Assembly: GCA_051002015.1 (NCBI GenBank)
Contig: JBPCMS010000019.1
Coordinates: forward strand, 4,422 to 68,421
Direction: 5' to 3'
Source of the DNA: Acidimicrobiia bacterium
GTDB lineage: Bacteria > Actinomycetota > Acidimicrobiia > Spongiisociales > UBA5794
Length of the DNA stretch: 64,000 nt
The notes below the pieces were generated by a model, which worked only from the letters and a program-made list of their open reading frames with translations, was not told the origin of the DNA and did not search any database. Positions 50,152 through 61,131 of the stretch are shown one piece after another (positions within the stretch are counted from its first letter, which is position 1; the number at the start of each line of letters is the position of its first letter). The translations under genes were made by a program, and so were the position numbers.

Positions 50152-52820
50152 GCACGGCGCAGCAGCGCCCCACCTGGCCGATCGTCGCCAGCATCGTCGT
50201 CACCGTCGTTGCCGTGGCTCTGGCGCTGGTGGTGGGCCGTCCCGCCGCCGCCCCCGCCATCAGCCTCGAGGTCGGCGACATCGCCTCCGAGGACTTCGTC
50301 GCCACCCGCTACACCGAGCTGGCCGACGATGCCGCCACCGAGCAGGCCCGCATCCAGGCGTCGGATGCGGTCGAGCCGGTCTACGAGATCGACCAGGACG
50401 GGACCAGCCGGGTGGAGCAGCGGATCGGTCTTCTCTTCGCATCGGTGCGCGACGCCCCGGCGCCGGTCGGGCTGACCATCAACCACGATGCCGGGCCCAT
50501 CCAGTCGACCTCAATCGGCAATGAGTTCATCGTCGAGTACACGGTGACCGTGACCAACCCGGCCTCGACCCGTCGCAGCTACCAGCTCACCCAGACCCCG
50601 CAGCTGTCGTCGGCGGCCCGGATCCTGTCGGCCGTGATGACCGCCGAGCTCAGTACCGGCGACGCCCACCGGGACGACCTCGACCCGACGGTCCTGCCGT
50701 GGTCGCTCACCGAGGCCGAGGGGCTGCAACAGATCCAGCCGAGCAGCACGGACACCTACACGGTGGAGGTGCGGTTCGCCGTCAACGCCGCCCTGGTCAC
50801 CGACGACAACTCGGACTGCGAGGTGGGGGAGGGCGACAGCAACACCGGGCTGCGCAGCGAGGCACGGGTCACCGTCGACCCCAACAGCGCAGATGCCGTC
50901 ACCTGCCAGGTGCTGCCGGTGGTGACGCTGCCGGCGCCGCCCGCCGGTGAGGGCGACAGCACCACCACGTCGAGCTCGACCACCACCACAACCACCGCCC
51001 CGAGCACGTCGACCACCACCACCATCCCGGTCGAGGAGCAGATCTCCGGCCTGGTCAGTGAGTACGGCAGCCTCTACGAGGACGCCATCCCGGTGCTGGT
51101 CACCCTGTACGCCGATCACCTGGCGGACGTCGCCAACGGCGGCGCCGGGTTCTTCGACGCCGTGGAGCAGGAGGTCATGGACCTGGCGACCGAGCGTGTT
51201 GCCGCCGGGATCCGGGCGGACGAGCTGGCCGATGTCCGGCTCGGGCTCACCTCAGCGCCGCCGCCGCTGTTCGTCCAGGGGCTCGACGCCGAGGCCCGCG
51301 CCATGCTTGCCCAGGCGGGGGCCGTCGTGGTCGCCCTCTCGCTCGAGGCCAACGAGATCGAGAACCAGGAGGCCACTGCGCTGGCCCGGGAGGCGGCGGC
51401 GGCCGGTGTCACCGAGGTCACCCGGATCTGGGTCGAGACCCAGCCCATCGTCACGGCGGGGAACGCCATCGACGCCGTCCAGCTCGAGGCCATCACCGTC
51501 AACGGTCTGCTCGATCCCGAACCGGGGACGTCACGCATCGCCGCCGCCGCCCTCGGCGGGCTGGCCGTGCTGATGGCGGCCCTGTTCCTGTGGCGGATCA
51601 CCCCGGCGCGCTGGTCGCAGCCGAAGCACATCGTCATCCTCGGGATCCTGCTGCTCATCGCCGCCCTGGTGTCGCGGATCCCCCAGCTCCTCGGCAATGA
51701 GAGCCCGCAGTTGGCGTACATCATCCCCGCCTCGCTGCTCGGGTACGCCTCCGCCATCCTCTACGAGCCGCGCACCGCCCTGCTCACCGCGGTGCCGATG
51801 GCGATGTTCGTGGCGATCTCGACGCTCGACCCGGCGCTCACCGTGTTCGCCGCCGCCGCCACGGTGACTCCGATCGCCTTCGTCTCGGCGGTTTCGACCA
51901 GGCGCGAGCTCCGGCTGGCGGTGTTGCTCGGCGCCGCCGTGCTCGCCCCGCTGGCCTACACCATCGCCTGGATGTTCGACGGGCGATCGGCCGCCTGGGC
52001 CGCCGCCGTCGCCGGCTTCATCGGTGGTCTCATCGGCGGGTTCATCGGCCAGGGGCTGGTGTCGTTCCTCGAGAACCTGTTCCAGCTGACCACGACGGTC
52101 ACCCTGCTCGACCTCACCGACCGCAACCACCCGGCGCTGCGCCTCATCGAGGAGCGGGCCCCGGGGACGTTCAACCACTCGATCATGGTGGGCAACCTGG
52201 CGGGCAAGGCCGCCCGCGCCATCGGGGCCGATCCACTCTTCGCCCAGGCCGCCGCCTTCTATCACGACCTGGGCAAGACCGAGAACCCGCAGTACTTCAT
52301 CGAGAACCAGTTCGGGGTGTCCAACCCGCACGACGAGCTCGATCCCGTGGAATCGGCCGACCTGATCAGGCGGCACGTCGCCGATGGCCTGGTCCTGGCC
52401 CGCCGTTACCGCATCCCTCCCGAGATCGCCGCCGCCGTCGAGCAGCACCACGGCACCGGGCTGATGCGCTACTTCTATCACAAGGCCTTGGAGAACGACC
52501 CTTCGGTCGATCCGGCCCGGTTCCGCCACACCGGTACCAAGCCGCAACGCAAGGAGATGGCGATCCTGATGATCTCGGACGCGGTGGAGGGGGCGGCTCG
52601 ATCGATGGCCCAGATCGAGGACCCGACCTCGGAGAGCCTGCGCAAGGTGGTGGATTCGGTGGTGGGTGAGAAGTTCGACGACGGCCAGTTCGACGAGAGC
52701 GACCTCACCTTCGGCGACCTCACCAGGTTGAAGGACGCCCTGGTGGTGGCGCTGATCGGCTACTACCACACCCGGATCCCCTACCCGGGCTTCCCCGGTG
52801 CCCCGGTGGGCTCGGGATGA
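50139..52820 (+). CDS. 7TM-HD membrane phosphohydrolase (PgpH/YqfF-like) with enlarged extracellular domain
   Basis: 893 aa: N-terminal TM, about 430-aa extracytoplasmic region with a Thr/Ser-rich linker, a 7TM block, and an HD domain (HSIMVGNL...FYHDLGK). Confidence 0.8.
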   Translation: MDTVSTAQQRPTWPIVASIVVTVVAVALALVVGRPAAAPAISLEVGDIASEDFVATRYTELADDAATEQARIQASDAVEPVYEIDQDGTSRVEQRIGLLFASVRDAPAPVGLTINHDAGPIQSTSIGNEFIVEYTVTVTNPASTRRSYQLTQTPQLSSAARILSAVMTAELSTGDAHRDDLDPTVLPWSLTEAEGLQQIQPSSTDTYTVEVRFAVNAALVTDDNSDCEVGEGDSNTGLRSEARVTVDPNSADAVTCQVLPVVTLPAPPAGEGDSTTTSSSTTTTTTAPSTSTTTTIPVEEQISGLVSEYGSLYEDAIPVLVTLYADHLADVANGGAGFFDAVEQEVMDLATERVAAGIRADELADVRLGLTSAPPPLFVQGLDAEARAMLAQAGAVVVALSLEANEIENQEATALAREAAAAGVTEVTRIWVETQPIVTAGNAIDAVQLEAITVNGLLDPEPGTSRIAAAALGGLAVLMAALFLWRITPARWSQPKHIVILGILLLIAALVSRIPQLLGNESPQLAYIIPASLLGYASAILYEPRTALLTAVPMAMFVAISTLDPALTVFAAAATVTPIAFVSAVSTRRELRLAVLLGAAVLAPLAYTIAWMFDGRSAAWAAAVAGFIGGLIGGFIGQGLVSFLENLFQLTTTVTLLDLTDRNHPALRLIEERAPGTFNHSIMVGNLAGKAARAIGADPLFAQAAAFYHDLGKTENPQYFIENQFGVSNPHDELDPVESADLIRRHVADGLVLARRYRIPPEIAAAVEQHHGTGLMRYFYHKALENDPSVDPARFRHTGTKPQRKEMAILMISDAVEGAARSMAQIEDPTSESLRKVVDSVVGEKFDDGQFDESDLTFGDLTRLKDALVVALIGYYHTRIPYPGFPGAPVGSG

Positions 52821-53296
52821 ACATCGTCATCGCCGACGAACGCGCAGACCCGCCGAGTACCGGCGCCTCCGACGAGGGCGGGCTGCTCACCCTGGCCGCC
52901 ATGGTGCTCGACGGCGAGTCGTTCCCGTCGTCGACCGAGGTCACGGTGACCATGGTCGATCCCCACCGCATCGCCGAGCTGAACCGGGACCATCTGGGCA
53001 AGACCGGCCCGACCGACGTGCTGTCGTTCCCGATCGAGGACCTGACGCCGGGCACGGCGCCCGCCTTGTCGCCGGGCGACCCGCCGCTGCTGATCGGCGA
53101 CGTGGTCATCTGCCCCGCCGTGGTGGCGGAGCAGGCCTCCGACCACGGGGTCGGGTTCGAGGACGAGATGGCGCTGATGGTGGTCCACGGCCTGCTCCAT
53201 CTGCTCGGGTACGACCACCAGGCCGCCGAGGAAGCCGAGCACATGGAATCGGTGGAGCGCCGCTACCTGGCCGCCGCGGGCAGGGCGAGGCGATGA
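52817..53296 (+). CDS. ybeY: rRNA maturation endoribonuclease YbeY
   Basis: 159 aa with the HGLLHLLGYDH zinc motif. Confidence 0.9.
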   Translation: MNIVIADERADPPSTGASDEGGLLTLAAMVLDGESFPSSTEVTVTMVDPHRIAELNRDHLGKTGPTDVLSFPIEDLTPGTAPALSPGDPPLLIGDVVICPAVVAEQASDHGVGFEDEMALMVVHGLLHLLGYDHQAAEEAEHMESVERRYLAAAGRARR

Positions 53297-54465
53297 CCAC
53301 CGCCGCCCTGCTCGTCGCCGCCGCTCTGGTGGTCGTCGCTGGGATCCTCCGCGCCGCCGGCGCCTCGCTGGTGCGCACTCCCCGGGCCGACGCCCTCCAG
53401 GACGCCGCCGATGGTGACCGGCGGGCCGCCAAGGTCGCCGACCTGCTCGTCTCCCGGACCACTCTGCAGCCCGCCCTCGGTCTGGTTCACACCGGGTTGA
53501 TGGTGGTGGCGGCGATCAGCGCCACCTGGGGGCTGAGCCGGAGCACGACCGGGTGGGGCCTGATGGTCGAGCTGGTGCTGCTCTCTCTGCTCCTGCTCGC
53601 CGTCAGCGAGATCCTGCCCCGTGGCTACGGCCGGGGACACCCCCGCCTGCTCGCCTACCGGTGGGTGTTCCTGCTGGGGCCGGCGGTGACGTTCGGCCGG
53701 GCGGCCTCCGACCTGATCAGCGACGACAACGGCGACGACCACGAGCCGAACGGCGACGAGGACGAGGACGACGACACCGAGCGGGAGCTGATCTCGTCGG
53801 TGATCGAGGTGGGCGACACCGTGGTGCGCGAGGTGATGGTGCCCCGCCCCGACATGGTGACGCTGCCGTCGACGGCAACGGTGGACGAGGCGATAGCCCT
53901 GTCGATCGAGGCCGGGCGGTCCCGCATCCCGGTGCTGGGCGCAGGGATCGACGACGTCATCGGCGTGCTCTACGTGCGCGATCTTCTCGTCCTCTTTGAC
54001 GACGACGGCGGGGGGCGGCGGGTGGACGACCTGGTCCGACCCGTGTTCATCGTCCCCGAGGCGATGCCGGTGCTCGACCTGATGCGGGAGATGCAAAGCG
54101 ACCGGGACCATCTGGCCATCGTCGTCGACGAGTTCGGTGGCACCGCCGGGCTGGTGACCATGGAGGACCTGCTCGAGGAGATCGTCGGTGAGATCAGCGA
54201 CGAGTATGACGAGGAGGAGCCGCTGATCACCGAGCTGGGCAGCGGCGAGTACCTCATGGACGGCCGGGTCAGCATCGACGAACTCGAGGACCTGATCGGG
54301 ATCGAGGTGCCCGACGAGGACTGGGACACGGTCGGAGGGTTGCTCCTCGGGCTGGCCGGCCGGGTCCCCGAGGAGGGGGAATCGTTCACGTTCGAGGAGC
54401 ACGTCTTCACCGCCGAGCAGGTCCAGGGCAGGCGCATCGCCCAGGTCCGGCTCCGCCCCCGATGA
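53293..54465 (+). CDS. CNNM/CorC-type transporter-associated protein (DUF21-CBS pair-CorC_HlyC)
   Basis: ATG overlaps the ybeY stop. TM DUF21 region, acidic linker, CBS pair and a C-terminal CorC/HlyC domain. Confidence 0.85.
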   Translation: MTTAALLVAAALVVVAGILRAAGASLVRTPRADALQDAADGDRRAAKVADLLVSRTTLQPALGLVHTGLMVVAAISATWGLSRSTTGWGLMVELVLLSLLLLAVSEILPRGYGRGHPRLLAYRWVFLLGPAVTFGRAASDLISDDNGDDHEPNGDEDEDDDTERELISSVIEVGDTVVREVMVPRPDMVTLPSTATVDEAIALSIEAGRSRIPVLGAGIDDVIGVLYVRDLLVLFDDDGGGRRVDDLVRPVFIVPEAMPVLDLMREMQSDRDHLAIVVDEFGGTAGLVTMEDLLEEIVGEISDEYDEEEPLITELGSGEYLMDGRVSIDELEDLIGIEVPDEDWDTVGGLLLGLAGRVPEEGESFTFEEHVFTAEQVQGRRIAQVRLRPR

Positions 54466-55391
54466 CGGACGACGCCACCACCCCTGCGGTGGCGGCGGAC
54501 GGCTCGATGCCGCTCCGGTCCGGGTTCGTGGCCGTGGTGGGCAGACCCAACGTCGGCAAGTCGACCCTGGTCAACGCCCTGGTGGGGACCAAGGTGTCGA
54601 TCACGTCGCCCCGGCCCCAGACCACCCGCAACAGCATCCGCGGCGTCGCCAACCTCGACGACCCGCCCGCCCAGATCGTCCTGGTCGACACCCCAGGGCT
54701 GCACCGGCCCCGCACCGCCCTCGGCTCCAGGCTGAACCGGCTGGTCGAGGACTCGCTCACCGGGACCGACCTGGTGGCGATGCTGCTCGACGCCATCCAG
54801 CGGGTGGGGCCCGGCGACCGGATGCTGGCACAGCGTCTCGCCCCCATCGCCGACCGGGTCATCGTCGTCGTCAACAAGACCGACATGGCCAAGCCCGATC
54901 AGATTGCCGAGCGCCTGGCCGAAGCATCCGGCTGGGATTTCGCCGCCTACGTCCCGATCTCGTCGGTGACGGGACAGGGACTCGACGCCCTCCGTAAGGA
55001 GATCGTCAGCAGGCTCCCCGAAGGCCCCGCCTACTTCCCCGAGGGCATGACGACCGACCAGCCCGACGAGTTGCTCGCCGGCGAGATCATCCGGGAGCAG
55101 TATCTGGGCAGGCTGCGCGAGGAGCTCCCCCACTCGCTTGCCCTGATCGTCGATGAGATCACCCAGCGGACCGGGGGCACGGTGTACGTGGCGGCCACGG
55201 TGGTCGTCGAGCGGCAGTCGCAGAAGGGCATCGTGATCGGCAAGGGTGGGAGCGCCCTCAAGGCGGTGGGCGAGGCCGCCCGCACCGAGCTGGAACGCCT
55301 GTTCGCCGCCCCGGTGTACCTCGATCTCAGGGTGAGGGTGGAACCCGACTGGCAACGCCGCGACACCCTGCTCGACCGGCTCGGCTTCTGA
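54462..55391 (+). CDS. era: GTPase Era
   Basis: 309 aa with G1 motif GRPNVGKST, DTPG, NKTD and a KH domain. Confidence 0.95.
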   Translation: MTDDATTPAVAADGSMPLRSGFVAVVGRPNVGKSTLVNALVGTKVSITSPRPQTTRNSIRGVANLDDPPAQIVLVDTPGLHRPRTALGSRLNRLVEDSLTGTDLVAMLLDAIQRVGPGDRMLAQRLAPIADRVIVVVNKTDMAKPDQIAERLAEASGWDFAAYVPISSVTGQGLDALRKEIVSRLPEGPAYFPEGMTTDQPDELLAGEIIREQYLGRLREELPHSLALIVDEITQRTGGTVYVAATVVVERQSQKGIVIGKGGSALKAVGEAARTELERLFAAPVYLDLRVRVEPDWQRRDTLLDRLGF

Positions 55392-55407
55392 CCCGCTGCG
55401 GTCTCAG

Positions 55408-55608
55408 CCGAACTTCAGCGGATTGCGCGTCGTCAGGGGTACGCAGAACCTGAGGTTCGGGAAGACGGGGCATCGCTCCCCCAACTTGAGCGGATCGCGT
55501 GTCGTGGCGACACGCAGCAACCTAAGGTTCGCGCCGCGTCGAGCGGGCCGGTCGCGGCGAACATCAGCGGATAACGTGTCGTGGCGACACGTAGCAACCT
55601 AAGGTTGG
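55408..55608 (+). repeat. three copies of a roughly 52-nt hairpin-forming REP-like element, subfamily B
   Basis: B1 spans about 55408-55460, B2 about 55480-55531 and B3 about 55557-55608. Consensus is CCGAAC(T/A)TCAGCGGAT..CGTGTCG-TGG-CGACACG..AGCAACCTAAGGTTCG. Confidence 0.85.
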
Positions 55609-55639
55609 CCTGTTCGGTGTCAAGACCGTCCCCTCCGAG

Positions 55640-56368
55640 GTGTCCGCCGTGGGTCTCCGTCATGACCAGGGAATCGTGCTGCGCGGCTATCCGTTCGGCG
55701 ACGCCGACCGGATCGTGGTGCTGCTCAGCCCCAACAACGGCAAGGTGCGGACGGTGGCCAAGGGGGTGCGCCGGACCAGGAGCCGGTTCGGAGGGCGGCT
55801 CGAGCCCTTCTCCCACGTCGACGTCGTCCTGTACGAGGGGCGCAACCTCGACACGATCACCCAGGTGACCCTGGTCGAGCCGTACCACAACCTCCGCAAC
55901 GACCTCGATGCCGTGCTCGTCGCCGGTTCGATGGTGGAGGTGGCGGACATCGTCGCCCAGGAGAACGAGGCCTCGATGCGGCTGTTCCTCCTGCTCCAGC
56001 GCGGGCTGCGCGCCCTCGACCACGGCCAGGTGGGGCCGGATCTGGCCACCGCCTTCCTGCTCAAAGCGGCAGCGGTGGTCGGAGTGGCTCCGGCGCTGGA
56101 ACGGTGTGCCGGGTGCGGCCGGGCCGAGGGGCTGACCCGGTTCAGCTTTGCCGCCGGCGGGGCGCAGTGTGAGCGGTGCCGCACCTCCGGGGCCTACGCC
56201 CTGCGCAAGGGGGTCACCGACCACCTGGCGGTGTTGGCCGGGGCCGACCTGGCTGCCCTCCCCGAGACCGACCCGGGGATGCGGGGCGAGGGGCTGGGTG
56301 TCGCCCGCCGATTCCTCGAGTACCACCTCGAGCGCGCCCTGGGAGCGTTCACCGTGCTCGATGCCTGA
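55640..56368 (+). CDS. recO: DNA repair protein RecO
   Basis: 242 aa with an OB-fold N-terminus and a Cys4 zinc motif (CAGCG...CERC). Confidence 0.9.
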   Translation: MSAVGLRHDQGIVLRGYPFGDADRIVVLLSPNNGKVRTVAKGVRRTRSRFGGRLEPFSHVDVVLYEGRNLDTITQVTLVEPYHNLRNDLDAVLVAGSMVEVADIVAQENEASMRLFLLLQRGLRALDHGQVGPDLATAFLLKAAAVVGVAPALERCAGCGRAEGLTRFSFAAGGAQCERCRTSGAYALRKGVTDHLAVLAGADLAALPETDPGMRGEGLGVARRFLEYHLERALGAFTVLDA

Positions 56369-57131
56369 GATCGACCGCACCGGGATCGACCGCACCGGGA
56401 TCGATCCCGGCCAGGTGCCCAACCACGTCGGGTTGATCCTCGACGGCAACGGGCGCTGGGCCAACGCCCGCGGGCTTCCCCGCACCGCGGGCCACGCCGC
56501 CGGCGAGGCGGCGCTGTTCGATGTGGTGGAGGGGGCGATCGAGCTGGGGATCCGCTGGCTATCGGCCTACACCTTCTCCACCGAGAACTGGGCCCGATCC
56601 GCCGACGAGGTCGAGTTCCTGATGTGGTTCAACGAGGACCTGCTGGTGAGGCGGCGGGACGAGTTCGATGCGATGGGGGTGCGGATGCGGTTCGCCGGCG
56701 ACCTCGACGACCCAAGGATCCCGGACCGCAACCGCACCATTATGCGCCAGGCCGAGGACAAGACGGCGGGTAACCGGATCCTCGACCTGGTGTTCGCCTT
56801 CAACTACGGGAGCAGGGCCGAGATCGCGGCGGCGGCCCGGGCTATCGCCGCCACCGTCGCCGCCGGCGAGCTCGACCCGGATGCCGTCGACGCCGCCGTC
56901 GTCGCCCGCCACCTGTACGTCGCCGACATTCCCGACCTCGACCTGGTGATCCGGTCGTCGGGGGAGCACCGGCTGTCCAACTTCATGCTGTGGCAGTCGG
57001 CGTACGCCGAGCTGTGGTTCCCCGGGATCCTGTGGCCCGACTTCGACCGTCACCACCTGGCCGATGCGGTCCGCCGCTACCAGCAGCGCCACCGGCGCTT
57101 CGGCGGGGCGGTCGACGCCGTCTCCACCTGA
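56361..57131 (+). CDS. uppS: isoprenyl transferase / undecaprenyl diphosphate synthase
   Basis: Internal [11 protein letters not shown] overlaps the recO stop. Motifs [13 protein letters not shown] and [13 protein letters not shown]. Confidence 0.9.
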   Translation: MPEIDRTGIDRTGIDPGQVPNHVGLILDGNGRWANARGLPRTAGHAAGEAALFDVVEGAIELGIRWLSAYTFSTENWARSADEVEFLMWFNEDLLVRRRDEFDAMGVRMRFAGDLDDPRIPDRNRTIMRQAEDKTAGNRILDLVFAFNYGSRAEIAAAARAIAATVAAGELDPDAVDAAVVARHLYVADIPDLDLVIRSSGEHRLSNFMLWQSAYAELWFPGILWPDFDRHHLADAVRRYQQRHRRFGGAVDAVST

Positions 57132-57190
57132 GGGCACCGATCCCGGCCCTATCATCCGGCGCTCCGCCGACCGAGCAGAGGCCTCCGCGC

Positions 57191-58522
<1,332 letters not shown>

Positions 58523-59056
58523 CCGAGCGGCGGGGTCGCCTCGAAGTATTGGCTGAGCACCATCACCGTCTGCGTGGTGCCCTTCGAGATCTTCCTGATC
58601 GAGTCGATGATCTCGCCGAGGTGGGCCGGGGACTCCGCCCGGACATGAACCAGCAGGTCGAACTGGCCGCTGACGGCGCCGCACCCCACCACCCAAGGGA
58701 TCGCCCTGAGCTGCTCACCGACATCGGCCAGCGAGCGACGTGAGGTGACGCTGATCGAGACCAGGGCGACGACGGGGAGCCCGAGCTTCGACCAGTCGAG
58801 ATGGACCGTGAACCGCGAGATCACCCCGGACTGGCGCAGCCGCTTGACCCTCTGGTGCACGGTGGCGGTCGCCATCCCCAGGTCCTCGGCGATGCGGGCG
58901 TACGGGGTGCGGGCATCTTCGAGCAGGATGGTGAGGATTCTTCGGTCAATCGCGTCCATGACGATCAATCTATCAAGGATGGCACGGGATCGGAATAGAT
59001 TCATCAGATTCGTGTTGTCGTTGGCGTACGCCCAGGTTCAGTAGGAAGGAGGCGCG

Positions 59057-59149
59057 ATGATGATCAATCCAATCACGATGGCACAGCTTGTTGCGGTCCA
59101 GCGCCGCCAGGCCGAGGCCGAGGCCCTCGCCCACCGCATCAGGACCTGA
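59057..59149 (+). CDS. candidate 30-codon small ORF (MMINPITMAQLVAVQRRQAEAEALAHRIRT)
   Basis: Strong SD aggaaggagg lies 4-5 nt upstream of ATG ATG. Divergent from the Lrp gene across an AT-rich region. Too short for the ORF track. Confidence 0.35.
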   Translation: MMINPITMAQLVAVQRRQAEAEALAHRIRT

Positions 59150-59284
59150 TACCTTCGGTGAAGGACCGTTTTCCAGCCCTTCGCCGCCGATCCAACGGGG
59201 AGCCCGGAGTTTCCTCCCTTCCGCCGGGTTCCCCGTTCTCGCGCCCGGGAGAGCCCGGCAGCGGGCCCCGGTACAATCGCCGCG

Positions 59285-61042
59285 GTGGCCTACTCCTCGG
59301 ACGACAAGGAACGCGTCAGGGAGCGGACCGATCTGGCGGAGCTGGCCGCCGAGGTGACCAGGGTGAAGCGCTCGGGCCGGAGCGTCACCGCCATCTGTCC
59401 CTTCCATGACGAGAAGACCCCATCGCTGTCGATCGACCCGGCGCGGGGGCTCTTCCACTGCTTCGGTTGCGGGAAGAGCGGGGACGTGTTCACCTGGATC
59501 GAGGAGACCCAGGGGGTCGACTTCCCCTCCGCCCTCGAGATCCTGGCCCGGCGGGCCGGGATCACCCTCACCGAGAGCCGGGGGGAGCAGCGTCGCCGCG
59601 GGCAGCGGGAGTTGCTGGTGGAAGCCGTCACCGATGCCGTCGCCTTCTACCACGAGCGGCTGGAAAGCGGAGAGGACGCAGCCGGGGCCCGGGGCTACCT
59701 GCGGGGTCGGGGATACGGCGCCGACGTCATCTCCCGGTTCTCGATCGGCTACTCCCCGCCGGGGTGGGATGCCCTGGTCGCCCATCTCCTCGCCAAGGGT
59801 CACGACCCGGCCACGCTGCTCAAGGCCGGGCTCGGATCCCGCTCGAGTCGTGGTTCCATCATCGACCGGTTCCGGGGCAGGTTGATGTTCCCGATCAGCG
59901 ATCTGCGCGGCGACCCTGTCGGGTTCGGGGCGCGGGTGCTCGACGGCGACGGGCCCAAGTACCTCAACTCTCCCGAGACCCCGATCTACCACAAGTCACG
60001 GCTTCTGTTCGGTCTCGACCGGGCCAAGTCCGAGATCGTCCGCACCGACCGGGCGGTGGTGGTGGAGGGCTACACCGACGTGATCGCCTTCCACCTCGCC
60101 GGCCACCCGGTGGCGGTCGCCACCTGCGGCACCGCCCTGGGCGAGGAGCACCTCGACCTGCTCCGCCGCTTCACCAAGCGGGTGGTGCTCGCCTTCGACA
60201 GCGACGCCGCTGGTACCGGGGCGGCGCTGCGCGGCTTCGACCGCTCGGTCCCGGGCGATCTCGACCTGCGGCTGGCCCGGTTCCCCGACGGCCGCGATCC
60301 CGCAGATCTGCAGCAGGCGGGGATGGGGGACACGCTGGTCCGGGCGGTGGACGACTCGGTGCCGCTGCTCCAGTTCCGCATCGACCGCGAGCTGGAGGGA
60401 TTCGACATGGCCGAAGGCGAGGCCAAGGTGAGGGCGGCGACGGCGGCGGCTCGGATCATCGCCCTCCACCCCGACCCGGCGGTCAGGGAGGAATACGCCC
60501 GGCGGGTGTCGCGGCTGACCGGCGTCGACCAGGCCGTGGTCGTCAGGGCGGCTCGGCGGGACGGAGCCGTGCCCGCCTCGGCCGTGGTCGTGGACCGCAA
60601 GCCGACGTCTGGGGAGGAACGAGCCGAGCGCGAGCTGCTGCGGCTGGTGCTGGCCAACGACGAAGGGCTGAGCCGTCACCAGATCGACGCCGACCTGTTC
60701 CGCATTTCCGAGTACCGGGCCGGGTTCGAACTGGTGGGCTCGGACATCTTCGAGCTGGAGCCGGGCCGGGCTCCCAATCTCGGTGCGCTCCTCGGCGGCG
60801 CCGATGAGGACGTCCGGCGATTCCTCAGCGGGCTCGCCCTGGACGGGGGTCCCCTGGCGGCGGCGGACGACATCATCCGCAAGCTGCGGTTGAACCGGGT
60901 CGAGGTCGAGATGGATCGGCTGCAACGGGAGATCGGGGCGGCGGCCGAGGCCTCGGGTCAAACGCCGTCCGGGCTGGTGGGCGAGCTCATCACCCTGCAG
61001 CGGGAGCGGGACCGGATCCGGAGCGCCGCCGCCGTCGATTAG
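59285..61042 (+). CDS. dnaG: DNA primase
   Basis: 585 aa, GTG start. Zn finger (CPFHDEKTPSLSI...FHCFGCG) and TOPRIM domain. Confidence 0.95.
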   Translation: MAYSSDDKERVRERTDLAELAAEVTRVKRSGRSVTAICPFHDEKTPSLSIDPARGLFHCFGCGKSGDVFTWIEETQGVDFPSALEILARRAGITLTESRGEQRRRGQRELLVEAVTDAVAFYHERLESGEDAAGARGYLRGRGYGADVISRFSIGYSPPGWDALVAHLLAKGHDPATLLKAGLGSRSSRGSIIDRFRGRLMFPISDLRGDPVGFGARVLDGDGPKYLNSPETPIYHKSRLLFGLDRAKSEIVRTDRAVVVEGYTDVIAFHLAGHPVAVATCGTALGEEHLDLLRRFTKRVVLAFDSDAAGTGAALRGFDRSVPGDLDLRLARFPDGRDPADLQQAGMGDTLVRAVDDSVPLLQFRIDRELEGFDMAEGEAKVRAATAAARIIALHPDPAVREEYARRVSRLTGVDQAVVVRAARRDGAVPASAVVVDRKPTSGEERAERELLRLVLANDEGLSRHQIDADLFRISEYRAGFELVGSDIFELEPGRAPNLGALLGGADEDVRRFLSGLALDGGPLAAADDIIRKLRLNRVEVEMDRLQREIGAAAEASGQTPSGLVGELITLQRERDRIRSAAAVD

Positions 61043-61131
61043 CGGGACCCGTGGCGGGACCGTTCCCAAGCCGAACCCGACCCGGTACCGTGTCGGCTGC
61101 GGGCGGACCTTCCCACAGGCAGGGGTGACGG

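Noticed and set aside
55408-55608. Hairpin repeats as integron attC sites
   Set aside because: The terminal boxes (GCCGAAC ... GGTTCGG) do not fit the RYYYAAC/GTTRRRY core sites. No cassettes lie between units, and there is no intI.
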